Below are positions 21,131-31,345 of a DNA stretch of 64,000 nucleotides, piece after piece (within the stretch, counting starts at the first letter, position 1; every line of letters starts with the position of its first letter). The position numbers were made by a program, and so were the translations under genes. The notes below the pieces were generated by a model. It saw only the letters and a list, made by a program, of their open reading frames with translations. It did not search any database and was not told the origin of the DNA. The stretch spans positions 64,001-128,000 of the forward strand of contig QMRC01000002.1 in the NCBI GenBank assembly GCA_003649205.1. The letters run 5' to 3'. The DNA comes from Thermoprotei archaeon. Its GTDB lineage: Archaea; Thermoproteota; Thermoprotei; Thermoproteales; B15-G16.

Positions 21131-21246
21131 GAACTCAACACCTCAATACCACAACCGAGCTAGAAACTAAAATCACTAACTCCACAGATACACCATAGTG
21201 GAAAAGTTTTTGTCTCTACATCAGTACAGCAATCATGTGAAATCCA

Positions 21247-21659
21247 TGGAACGAATTGAAGAAGCTAGAAGGTGGTTCCTCCAAACTTCAAGAGATATCA
21301 AAGCAGCTAGTGACAGCCTCCACGCTGCAAACTTCGAGTGGTCATGCTTTCAGGCACAACAAGCTGCAGAGAAAGCTGTTAAAGCACTACTGTACGCTCA
21401 CGGTAGACATGCCTGGGGACACAGCATAGTTGAGCTACTCAACATCTTGAAGGAATTAGAGGAGGTACCTGAAGAACTCTACGTAGCTGCACGCGAACTA
21501 GATAGACACTACATACCCTCACAATACCCAAATGCATTTGAATCTGGATACCCAGGTATGTACTACGATAAACCGACAGCAGATAGAGCACTTGAAGCTG
21601 CTAGGAAGATCATGGAGTGGGTGAAGGAATGCTTGAGAAAACTTGGTGTAAACGTGTAG
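21247..21659 (+). CDS. HEPN domain protein
   Basis: WSCFQAQQAAEKAVKA, GHS and LDRHYIPSQYP (the usual R of RYP is Q here). Start taken at ATG 21247. Confidence 0.9.
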
Positions 21660-22033
21660 AGGAGCTCATTAGTAAGCTCAGCAAGGTATTTGGCATCGAA
21701 GCAGTCATAGTATTTGGATCATGGGCACGTAGTGGAGGAGGTGAGTGGAGCGATCTCGATGTACTCGTAGTAACGGATGATGTCAAGAACATAGACATAC
21801 TCGAACGATTTAGAATAGCTACCGAATACAAGCCACCACGAGTAGACGTGTTCCTGTACACATATGGAGAACTCGAGAACATGATGAAGAGAGGAAATCC
21901 ACTAGCACTATCAGCACTCGTAGAGGGGATACCACTAAAAGCAAGTAGCAGAGTCCTAAAGCTCATGGAAGTAGCCAAGCAAAGGTACATAAGGAGAGGA
22001 CGAGTTTGGATCGAGACAACAAAACTACAGTAA
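21617..22033 (+). CDS. Minimal nucleotidyltransferase (MNT)
   Basis: VFGSWARSGGGEWSDLDVL; overlaps the HEPN gene. Confidence 0.9.
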   Translation: MGEGMLEKTWCKRVEELISKLSKVFGIEAVIVFGSWARSGGGEWSDLDVLVVTDDVKNIDILERFRIATEYKPPRVDVFLYTYGELENMMKRGNPLALSALVEGIPLKASSRVLKLMEVAKQRYIRRGRVWIETTKLQ

Positions 22034-22263
22034 CCTCACGCATTAGATTGCAGAAGATAGCGAAGGTCCTAGAGAGCAAACAGCACTAGAAAAAGCCACA
22101 CAGAAATCAACCCAAGATACAGTAATCACAGAGTCAAACACAAAACACCTTAGAACTTACTTGTCAAGTCCTCACATAAGTCTCTTAAACCTCTCATCAA
22201 CCTAACTAACCTAGAATAGAACCCTTATAACTCATTCATGAAGGGAGGAATACAGGTGAGGTA

Positions 22264-22872
22264 ATGTACAAGGTAATTGTAGCCACACTAGCATCACAAG
22301 CACCACTCACAGCAATAGCAGTAGTAACACTCTACTACCTACTAAGTCGAAGAATAGATAAGCTGGAACTGAGACTAACCAAGTTAGAAGTAAGAATAGA
22401 TAATCTTGAAGTAAGAATGTCAAACCTAGAACAGGAAATGAAGAGAGGATTCGGTAACCTAGCTAGCTTCAACGATACACTAATTACACTACTACAGACG
22501 AAGACAGTAATAACTGAAGGAGAAGCACTAGTACTGAAGAACTACCTAAGAACAATAACACCAGGAACAAGCACAAAGTACTACACAGAAGAAGTAAGGA
22601 AGAGACTACTGGAGCTACTAGATAAGAAATTAAGTGAGTACACCTGGGAAGACGTATTCGAACTAGAGGAAATAGCTGAACTAATCAATGAAGAAGCTAG
22701 AGTAACAGGAAGAATGGACCTAGCAGACTACTACGGAAGACTAAGAGCATACATAGCAATAATTAGAGGAGATCTCATAAGAAGACACGTAATGCCACCA
22801 GAGAAACCACCAGAGAAGAAATGGTTAAAGAAAATACAGCAACAACCTACACACCAAACACACAACCCCTAG
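22264..22872 (+). CDS. Membrane-anchored coiled-coil hypothetical protein
   Basis: N-terminal TM, then heptads RIDKLELRLTKLEVRIDNLEVRMSNLE and a helical C-domain; GGTGAGG RBS. Confidence 0.75.
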   Translation: MYKVIVATLASQAPLTAIAVVTLYYLLSRRIDKLELRLTKLEVRIDNLEVRMSNLEQEMKRGFGNLASFNDTLITLLQTKTVITEGEALVLKNYLRTITPGTSTKYYTEEVRKRLLELLDKKLSEYTWEDVFELEEIAELINEEARVTGRMDLADYYGRLRAYIAIIRGDLIRRHVMPPEKPPEKKWLKKIQQQPTHQTHNP

Positions 22873-22892
22873 ACCTCACAACCAATACAGCA

Positions 22893-23267
22893 CTATAACT
22901 CCCTCAACTCCTTCAAAAGCTTCAGAAGATCAATACCACACCTCTCAATCTCAACCACAATAGGATTCCTCTTAACCCTCATCCTCTCAAATTCACTCAA
23001 CGTAACAACAATAGGCTCAACACGAGGACACATCAGTAAACAACCCTCAATAAGCTCAAGACGCTTAACAGGACTCCTAGGTAAATCACCATCAACAACA
23101 ATTAACACATCAACATCACTCCACTCATTAAAATCACCACGAGCAAAACTACCGAAAAGCCAAGCACCAACAACACTAAACCGCTTAGAGACACACCTAA
23201 CAAACCTCAAAGCCTCCCTTAAAGCCTCTTCACGTCTCCTCAACCTCTCCTCAAGAACCTTCCCCAT
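22893..23267 (-). CDS. Minimal nucleotidyltransferase (MNT)
   Basis: WLFGSFARGDFNEWSDVDVL. Confidence 0.92.
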   Translation of the reverse strand: MGKVLEERLRRREEALREALRFVRCVSKRFSVVGAWLFGSFARGDFNEWSDVDVLIVVDGDLPRSPVKRLELIEGCLLMCPRVEPIVVTLSEFERMRVKRNPIVVEIERCGIDLLKLLKELREL

Positions 23268-23656
23268 ACACCCTCAACCCAAGATAGAATACACTCCGCA
23301 AGCTTAATAGCTTCCTCAGCATCCTCCCTCACATAGTAATCCTCAGGAACACCTTCACACCACACATCAGGGTACCTAGTAGGAGTATAGAACCTATCCA
23401 ACCTCCTACACGCACGCAAAACCTCTTCAGGAACCTCCACACCCAGCTCACTAATGTACTCAAGCAACCTACTCAATGCACGACCAAAACGAGGACGACC
23501 AACACCCCACAACAAAGCCTTCAAAGCCTTCTCAGCAGCTTGATGAGCCTTAAAACAAGCCCAATTAAAATCACCACACAAAGCATCACGCCTAGCGGAA
23601 TCGAGCGTAAGCCTAGCACTCCTAAACCACCTCTCAAACTCAACAGAATCAAGCAT
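23240..23656 (-). CDS. HEPN domain protein
   Basis: WACFKAHQAAEKALKA and YTPTRYPD; the conserved GHxL is altered to GRAL. Start at MLDSVE. Confidence 0.9.
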   Translation of the reverse strand: MLDSVEFERWFRSARLTLDSARRDALCGDFNWACFKAHQAAEKALKALLWGVGRPRFGRALSRLLEYISELGVEVPEEVLRACRRLDRFYTPTRYPDVWCEGVPEDYYVREDAEEAIKLAECILSWVEGVWGRFLRRG

Positions 23657-23695
23657 AGAGACACCAGCAAGCAGCACTAGCTGAGGAGAGTAAAG

Positions 23696-24430
23696 CTACA
23701 CCTCCAGAACCTCTCCACGACACTCAATACCTAACTTATCAGCAAGCTCCTTAGCCCTCTTCCTAATTCCAGGAGACACAATCAACATCTTCGGCTTAAC
23801 CCCAGTAACCCTCTCATAGAGCACACCTACCCTATACAGCTCAGCTACATCAGCTCTATCAACACTAGCCTTATACTCAACAAGAACGTGCTCACCATCT
23901 CTAATCAACAAATCAACCTCAATCCAAGACGGATAACCAAACACAACACCCTCACTATCGTAGTAAACCCACCTCTCAACCCTATACACCTTAAGCAAAT
24001 CCTCAACGAGGTACTTAATAGACTCCCTAAAAGCACCCTCTGTAGAGAGACCATACTTAAGACCAAGAGCTTGAATACTCGCTACCAACCTCTCAAGAAC
24101 TCTCATATGCTCCTCAAGCACTCTACTATGCTTAAGAGCTTGCTCCTGTAAGCTCCTAACCTGCTCCTGCAGTACCTTCATCTGCTCCTGTAAATTCCTA
24201 ACTTGCTCCTGTAAACTCCTAATGACCTCACTGTGTTTAGCTACTTGTTTTTGTAGGTCTCTAACCTGCTTCTGTAGGTCTCTAACTTGTTCCTGTAGAG
24301 ACTTAATAGCTTCAGTATTCTTGTCAATTCTCTTAAGCACCTCTTCAATACCTAGTAAACCCACTACAGCATACCTAAACTCAACATCCTCACGAAGCAA
24401 CCTAAGAAACTCCTCCCTCAACCCCGACAT
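23696..24430 (-). CDS. Coiled-coil repeat + PD-(D/E)XK nuclease-like protein (DUF3782-like)
   Basis: LLREDVEFRYAVVGLLG, QEQVRxL heptads and IEVDLLIRDGEHVLVEYK. Confidence 0.82.
   Translation of the reverse strand: MSGLREEFLRLLREDVEFRYAVVGLLGIEEVLKRIDKNTEAIKSLQEQVRDLQKQVRDLQKQVAKHSEVIRSLQEQVRNLQEQMKVLQEQVRSLQEQALKHSRVLEEHMRVLERLVASIQALGLKYGLSTEGAFRESIKYLVEDLLKVYRVERWVYYDSEGVVFGYPSWIEVDLLIRDGEHVLVEYKASVDRADVAELYRVGVLYERVTGVKPKMLIVSPGIRKRAKELADKLGIECRGEVLEV
24138..24305 (-). repeat. Degenerate 21-bp coding repeats (LQEQVRx heptads)
   Basis: Recurring ttgctcctgta / ttgtaggtctctaac units at 21-bp period; boundaries are approximate. Confidence 0.75.
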
Positions 24431-24663
24431 AGCACATACACCCTAGTGAACCCACAACAGAGAAACCACCTACACTCCCTCAAGCAAACTCCATCACTTA
24501 AAGTCAATCCAAAAAGCTACACTCCAGTAAATAAGCTTTCATTTACTCATCAAGAACCAGGTAGAGAAGCTAAGCAAAACAGCATTAACGTACACACAAA
24601 AAACAAACACCCACCACTACCCTTAATACACCCCAAATACCCACAACCACTGAGGTCGATTGA

Positions 24664-25062
24664 GTGCCCATTAGAGATGAAGTCCTAAATTGGCTCACCG
24701 AATCCAAAGCAGATCTCCAACATGCAGAATCCAGCCTACAAATTGGCGACTACAACTGGGCCTGCTTCGCTGCACAGCAAGCAGCTGAGAAAGCACTAAA
24801 AGCACTGATAATGCACACCCTGGGTGAGTACCCTCGTGGACACGACCTCATTAAACTCTACAGAAAGGTAAAGAACTACACAGACCTCAAACTCAACGAA
24901 AGTGCACTAGCTAGATTATCAGCATACTACACACTAGCAAGATACCCAAATGCAGGTCTCGAAAAACCATCAGAAGAAATCACCAGAGAACAAGCAGAAG
25001 AAGCCATAGCAATCGCCAGAGGTGTAGTCGATGAGATCACAAAAACTATCAGAGATCCGTAG
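24664..25062 (+). CDS. HEPN domain protein
   Basis: WACFAAQQAAEKALKA, RGHDL and ARYPNA. Confidence 0.92.
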   Translation: MPIRDEVLNWLTESKADLQHAESSLQIGDYNWACFAAQQAAEKALKALIMHTLGEYPRGHDLIKLYRKVKNYTDLKLNESALARLSAYYTLARYPNAGLEKPSEEITREQAEEAIAIARGVVDEITKTIRDP

Positions 25063-25369
25063 AGAAGTAATCAACACACTAAGAAAACTCGCACAGGAAC
25101 TAAACGCAACAATCTACCTCTTCGGAAGCTACGCACGTGGAGATCACATGCTAGATAGCGACGTAGACATAGTAATTGTATCAAAAACCTTCGAAGGCAT
25201 GAACTACGTAAGTAGAGTCGAACTAGTTAGAACAAAACTACCACCACACATAAGCTTCGACATAATCCCACTAACACCACAGGAATTCAAAGAGAGAAGA
25301 GAGAAACCATTCTTCAAAGAAATATCTAGGTACTGGATCGAAATAAAACCACAACACCCTCAAGCCTAA
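25031..25369 (+). CDS. Minimal nucleotidyltransferase (MNT)
   Basis: YLFGSYARGDHMLDSDVDI. Confidence 0.92.
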   Translation: MRSQKLSEIRREVINTLRKLAQELNATIYLFGSYARGDHMLDSDVDIVIVSKTFEGMNYVSRVELVRTKLPPHISFDIIPLTPQEFKERREKPFFKEISRYWIEIKPQHPQA

Positions 25370-25425
25370 GGAAAGAAGGAAGTATAACTAATTCCACTAC
25401 CTCAACAGAGGAGAAACGTAGTAAA

Positions 25426-26266
25426 ATGGTGTTGAGTATGGATAGAGAGATTGTCGTCAAGAAGTTAACCGAACTATTTAGAAACCTCAACGACATCGAA
25501 GTAGCAATACTCTTCGGCTCAATCGCTAGAGGCTATAGACATCCACACGACATAGATATAGCCGTGAAATTCACCACCAAAAAATCACCACTCGACCTAG
25601 CAAACCTAGTCACACATAGCCAGACACCTAGGTACTACCGAAGATCACATAGACATAATCGACCTAGACTACGCTAAACCCATCCTACTACTCAGAATCC
25701 TAAAGGAGGGAATAATCCTGAAGGGAAATCCAGAGACCCTAAAGGAACTATACGAGAAGGCTTCAAGAGGAATTGAGCAACTCATCGAAATCAAGCTATG
25801 GAGTAACCTAGATCCAGAACCCAGAGTAAACAAAATAGTCATAACCTCAAGAGTTGAGGAAGTTAGGAGAAACACAGAATTCCTCAAGAGAGAAATCCTG
25901 ACAAAGAACGTACATGAGCTAGAGTACAGAGACATACTAGCACTCGAGAGAGCACTACACAGAATTGCTGAAGCTATACTAGACATATGTAGACACCTCG
26001 TAGCAGTCTACTCACTAGGCATAGTCGAGAGCTACGGAGAATACCCCAGAAAACTAGCACAAGCAGGTAAGATGCCTAGAGACCTAGCTGAAGACATAAC
26101 CAAACTAGCAGGACTAGGAAATATCCTAGTCCACAGATACCTAGAGATAGACCTCGAAAAACTCCACAAAACAGCACAAGAAATAGCTAAAGAAGTAGTA
26201 CCCAAATTCCTACACTGGATCAAGAACATAGATCCACAAGAAACACCACCCCTCCCAAGTAAATAG
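25426..26266 (+). pseudogene. Frameshifted MNT-HepT(DUF86) fusion
   Basis: LFGSIARG...HDIDIAV, then a frameshift at the cacaca run (about 25611-25616). The second frame is open to 26266 with AILDICRHLV...GNILVHRY. Confidence 0.85.
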
Positions 26267-26482
26267 GAAGCTCGTACAGCATACATCAACACAAGAGAAG
26301 CTGAGCAACCATAACCTACCAAGACAAAAACCATACATACTACAGAAAATAGACGTAGAGTACACACGTGAAACCTAGTAAATGTAGACGAGGTAGCGAA
26401 CATGTTCTTCAGAATGAGAACAAGCAACACACTAAGTAGATCAAGCAAACACCACAAGAAGATCAATTAAAAGGTAGAGAAG

Positions 26483-27964
26483 ATGACTAAACACCCCAGT
26501 AAGCACCTCCTACAGAAAACACTCAAGAAAGTAAAAGAAAGCGAAACCACATACCTAGTACTCTCAGTAGCAATACCAACAATTCTAAGAACAGTACCAG
26601 AACTCATATACCCCTTCCCAACAGGATTCGACCCACTCTCATACTACTTCCCAGCAATACTACACCTAAAACAAAACCTAAACCATGTATGGAAATTGAT
26701 TGAATACGGACCAATACCCTACATACTACTAACACCACTACCAACAAAAGACACCATACTCCTAGGCCTAAAGATACTCAATATCACCGCAATAACACTA
26801 CTAGCACTAACAACATACCTAACAGCTAGAGACATACTAAAACAAACACCACAATGGAGCTTCATAACAACGCTACTAACAACAAACTACATAACAATGG
26901 CATTTTCATGGCTATACCCAAGAAATACACTAGCATACGCCCTATCACTACTAACGACATACCTACTACTAAGAGATAAGATACTACACGCATCACTACT
27001 AACAGCAACCACAGCACTAACACACCCCGTACCCACAATCTTCATAGTCACATCATCCATAACGACAACACTACTCAGAAGAAAAACCAAGTACCTAATA
27101 CCTGCAATACCGACACTCACACCACCACTACTCCTAGCAATAGGCTACAAACTAAACCTCACAACAAGATCCCTACTCGAGAAGTACTTACAGACACTAG
27201 TAAACGCAGCAACAGCACCACTACACCAACACCTAAACCCCCTAAACCAATCCCTACTACTCTACCTATACCTACCAGAAATACCACTCATAGTAATCAC
27301 ACTAATAATCTACAAACGCTACAACACCAGAACAATACATAGCAACCTAATCATCTACCTAACACTACTAATCACCACCATAATCTACACAAAATCACAC
27401 CTCGGAGATAGATTCGTATACATGATACAGCCACTACTAATACTCACAACAACAACCATAGTACACACAAGTAAACCAACCACAATACACCACATGAAAC
27501 AATACACGAGAGAAATAACGTACACACTCACACCCATAGTACTAGTAATGACATTACTAACAACAGCATACATAGCATCAACAGGAACACCACCAGTACT
27601 ATACTTCAAAAAACCCTACGTATTCAACGACGAAATCTACAGAAAATTCCCATCAGGAATGGCGCAAGGACCAATACCACTAAGAGACGTAGAGCCAACA
27701 ATGAAACTACTTAAAACACTAACACAAGAAGTAGAACCCCAAAAAGTAACACTCTACATAGCATTCAGAGGATTCCTATACTACATCAACGAAGAATACG
27801 CAGAAAAAGTAGAGTATACACCAACAGAAAAACTACCTCCAAACAGATACACAATAACTTGGATCAAAGAACCATGGTTCAAACTCCACATACCGAAAAA
27901 CACAGAAATAATCGTAGTAAAACAGGAAGGAAACCTAGCAATAATCTACATAGAGAGCAAGTAA
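26483..27964 (+). CDS. Multi-TM membrane protein, GT-C glycosyltransferase-like
   Basis: GFDPLSYY loop after TM1, many TM segments, THP and DRF motifs, soluble C-tail. Confidence 0.6.
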   Translation: MTKHPSKHLLQKTLKKVKESETTYLVLSVAIPTILRTVPELIYPFPTGFDPLSYYFPAILHLKQNLNHVWKLIEYGPIPYILLTPLPTKDTILLGLKILNITAITLLALTTYLTARDILKQTPQWSFITTLLTTNYITMAFSWLYPRNTLAYALSLLTTYLLLRDKILHASLLTATTALTHPVPTIFIVTSSITTTLLRRKTKYLIPAIPTLTPPLLLAIGYKLNLTTRSLLEKYLQTLVNAATAPLHQHLNPLNQSLLLYLYLPEIPLIVITLIIYKRYNTRTIHSNLIIYLTLLITTIIYTKSHLGDRFVYMIQPLLILTTTTIVHTSKPTTIHHMKQYTREITYTLTPIVLVMTLLTTAYIASTGTPPVLYFKKPYVFNDEIYRKFPSGMAQGPIPLRDVEPTMKLLKTLTQEVEPQKVTLYIAFRGFLYYINEEYAEKVEYTPTEKLPPNRYTITWIKEPWFKLHIPKNTEIIVVKQEGNLAIIYIESK

Positions 27965-28142
27965 GTCAATCGCTAGAGATATCGACCTCAGCCCCCTCAC
28001 CTAAACACAGTAACCAAAGGACAATTCCACACCTGAGCAGCGACAGAACTGTCAAAGAACTCGCGAAGAGGAACTACGTGATCTGCATCCACTGCACTGA
28101 ACTTAAACAGTACACAAGTCAGTACTTTCACTACTCGAAGAC

Positions 28143-28378
28143 TCATACATCAACAGCTGTGATTTCCTTGGTTTCTGAATCTCTATACAGGTGAATTAGT
28201 GGGTGTATTGGTTCTCCTAACTCGTATTTTGTTGGTTCTCTGAACCTGATGTGCAGAATTGAGTACTCAGGTACCAACGATATCTCGGCTACCTTCTCAG
28301 GTAGTGTGATATCGCAAATTCTCTCTATGTACCTGAGTAGCGACTTGATATCTACCTTAAGTAGGGGATCTACCGCCA
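28143..28378 (-). CDS. Small DUF2283-like protein
   Basis: ILHIRFREP...GEP...LYRD..TKEITAVDV; probable start at MAVDPLL. Confidence 0.45.
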
Positions 28379-28679
28379 TTTCTTCTTTCTCAATCTCCTG
28401 TAGGTTTCCAACCCTATTACGTGTGCTGTCTTGACGGTACTTTGCTAAGTAACTACACTCAACCTTGCCGTGCATAGTACTTTCCTATTCCTAGTTCTAT
28501 GTTTTCCTGCTAGTGTTTTATAGTATGGAGTTTCCCCTGTATTAGTGGTTGCTCTAGTTTATTCTCCTGGTTGTGGTGTCTTTGTTTATTTGCTTATTGG
28601 TCACTTACCTAAGGTTCTTGGGTTGCTTGTGAGTTGCTTTAGGAGGATAGCTTATTGGCTTTAGGGTTATGTAATGGGT

Positions 28680-28971
28680 ATTAGCTTCTTAGCTTCTTCA
28701 CTTGATACTATGTGGATCTCTAGGGGTATCCCCATGGAAGTCCATACTTGTCAACGGCGTTCCATAGGATGTCGGCTTTTAACTTTGTTTTCTCTTGATC
28801 TGTTAGCTCTCTATTCACGATTATGAGTATGTCTATGTCGCTTAGTACTGTTAATCTATCTTCTGCTGCCCCTCCAAATTGTATGCTTTTGCCTCTGGTA
28901 GTATTTCCTTTATTGATTTTGCTAGGAGTTGTATGTAGCATCTCCACTCCTTTAAGCACTCTATCTTCCAC
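28680..28971 (-). pseudogene. MNT pseudogene, paralog of 29505..29852
   Basis: FGGAAEDRLTVLSDIDIL and DKYGLPWGYP; frameshift before LEIHIVS. Confidence 0.8.
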
Positions 28972-29098
28972 TTAACCCATCCAAACTTCTACAGGAGAAG
29001 ACCAAGTACTGACTCAACTAAGATAGCTTGAGAAGACAATAAACAATTAAAGATAGTGAGCAATCACTACACTAGAGAACTAAGGTGGTACCACTACA

Positions 29099-29518
29099 TT
29101 GAGCGGAGAAAGAGTCAACATAATCAAGGATAGAGCCTACGCATTCCTAAACCTAGCTAAAGAATTAATCGATAAAAGACCTGACATAGCATCCTTCAAC
29201 ATCCACCAAGCATGCCAACTCAGAATCAAAGCAACACTACTTAGATTCACAGGTGAAATACCTAGAATCCACAGCATTAGAGAACTCCTAGGAATACTCG
29301 CAAAGAAGCTAGAAGACCTCAACTACAGAGAAGACGCCCTAAAAATCATCAACTTCATAAGAAAACAGAGAGAAGCACTCATTGACATAGAAGCAGCATA
29401 CACCGAGTCAAGATACGGAATAGGAATCACCACTAGAAGCATGATAGAGGAAATGCTGAAAACAGCCGAAGAACTATTTAAGCTCCTAGACGAAGTCGAA
29501 AAACATGTACTGGGCTAA
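29099..29518 (+). CDS. HEPN domain protein
   Basis: FNIHQACQLRIKA, PRIHSIRELL and YTESRYG. Confidence 0.88.
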   Translation: MSGERVNIIKDRAYAFLNLAKELIDKRPDIASFNIHQACQLRIKATLLRFTGEIPRIHSIRELLGILAKKLEDLNYREDALKIINFIRKQREALIDIEAAYTESRYGIGITTRSMIEEMLKTAEELFKLLDEVEKHVLG

Positions 29519-29852
29519 ATACCACCTACAACACCTCAAAAAATGGAGAGAAGCAGCTGAAGCTATAGCAAAAGCAGTAAAAGACCTACACATCAAAGCA
29601 GAAGTATACGTCATTGGAGGGGCAGCAGAAGATAGATTAACAGTACTAAGCGACATAGACATACTCCTATGCCTAGAAGAGAAACCAAAAATCGAAGACG
29701 TATGGATATTGAGGAGGAAAGTACTAGAGATAGCTATGGACAAGTACGGACTACCCATAGACTACCCCATAGAACTCCACATACAGGACAAGAAAACCTG
29801 TAACCAAACACTACAACACAGAAAAGCCATAAAGATCAACACATCAACCTAA
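29505..29852 (+). CDS. Minimal nucleotidyltransferase (MNT)
   Basis: VYVIGGAAEDRLTVLSDIDIL and PIELH. Confidence 0.88.
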   Translation: MYWAKYHLQHLKKWREAAEAIAKAVKDLHIKAEVYVIGGAAEDRLTVLSDIDILLCLEEKPKIEDVWILRRKVLEIAMDKYGLPIDYPIELHIQDKKTCNQTLQHRKAIKINTST

Positions 29853-29902
29853 CACACATACAAAAACACCAAGAGAACACAAAGTAACTAGGTGAAACCA
29901 AC

Positions 29903-30061
29903 ATGAATGAAGAGAGCAACAACTCCAACACAATAACCGTAAAACTCCCCAGCATCCTCGCGAAGAAACTCAGAGATGTAAAAGAAGCAAAAGCAACGAA
30001 AAAGTACATAGAAGAAAGAATTCACGACATAGAAAAGCTAGTGGAACTAGCGACAAATTAA
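29903..30061 (+). pseudogene. Internally deleted PaREP1 (52 aa)
   Basis: MNEESNNSNTITVKLPSILAKKLRDV joined in frame to EAKATKKYIEERIHDIEKLVELA; these match the two ends of 37322..37834. Confidence 0.85.
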
Positions 30062-30408
30062 GACTCAGTAAAAAGGCTATAGTTTTTGAAACGATTGAGC
30101 AAGACTAGGTACTGGAGAAGGACAATCACACCCTAACTACCCAAAGAATAGATACCTATGGACGAGAGAAGTGATTAGATAAAGGTACACAAATAACCCT
30201 ATACCCGGAATATCAGGTGAGTCCCGTGAGTGGAGAGAAGGTGCCTAAGTTCAACATATGAAGTCTACTTTATCGAGAAGGAAGAAGCATAACCTATGAA
30301 GCACAACAATAGAACTAACAGGTCTCATACCAGAATACGAGTACAGGTAAACTTAGCACACCTCCCAAACCCACAAAGATTAAGAACTAGAACTTCAAGG
30401 ATATCGTC

Positions 30409-30918
30409 ATGAACGTTGAAATTACTATAAAATTACCTGAAGTAATTGCTAAACACATCAAGAATCTAGGTATCGACATAGAATCTAAGATCATCGACAT
30501 GATCATTCAAGAACTTAACCTGGATCCTGAAGAAGAAGTTAAAGCTCACGTAGAGCTTGCAGTAAAGTTCCTAGAAGATGGAAGAAAGCTCATCAATAGG
30601 GATCCAGCTCAAGCTAGTGAAAAGCTGTATAAAGCTGCTGAAGAGTGTGTAAAAGCATTAACAATACAATTCAAGCTAGAGAACATCATGAGGAAAATCA
30701 GAGAAAGAGGTAGGTGGACCGTTACAGAACTTGAGAAAGCTGCTGAGATCATAAGCGACAGGATTGGTTCATGGTTCTACGATGCTTGGGATCACGCATG
30801 GACCCTACACGTATGGGGATTCCACGAAGCAAAACTAGATAGCGAAGCCGTGAAGAGAAGACTACCATACATAGAAAAGATAGTGGAAGAAACAAAGAAG
30901 ATAATTAGAGGTCTTTAG
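30409..30918 (+). CDS. PaREP1 family protein with N-terminal RHH-like segment
   Basis: QASEKLYKAAEECVKAL, GRW and AWTLHVWGFHEA. Confidence 0.92.
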   Translation: MNVEITIKLPEVIAKHIKNLGIDIESKIIDMIIQELNLDPEEEVKAHVELAVKFLEDGRKLINRDPAQASEKLYKAAEECVKALTIQFKLENIMRKIRERGRWTVTELEKAAEIISDRIGSWFYDAWDHAWTLHVWGFHEAKLDSEAVKRRLPYIEKIVEETKKIIRGL

Positions 30919-30954
30919 GAGAGATCACGAAGCTTACTAAAGGCACAAAGCTGC

Positions 30955-31190
30955 AATGCCACTCATGAAAGAAATCCCCAACAAAGCAAGACACATCTAC
31001 ACAATACACCTCTTCGAAAGTTTTCCTAAAGGTATGGCATACCTGAAAGTGATGTAGATACCCCAGTAGTATACTCAATCGAGAACGAGAACCTACATAG
31101 CAACCCAGCAGATACCTCTAGTAAGGTATATAGAGAGCCAGGTGAAGCCATTGAGTACACAACAATGAGCATTAACCTGTGAATTAATAC
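30955..31190 (+). pseudogene. MNT remnant
   Basis: Fragments IYTIHLFESFPKG and PESDVD lie in different frames. Confidence 0.4.
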
Positions 31191-31345
31191 CCACAGGCAC
31201 ATCTACCGAATAAAGATAGAGCGCCATCAGCTACTATATGAACTCAATCCACAGGGAAAACACCAATAACCAATACAAACTACACTAACCACAAAGAAAG
31301 TTCTTAACGTCACAGCCCCCTACTAGAAGTAGGTAGTAGACCTGT

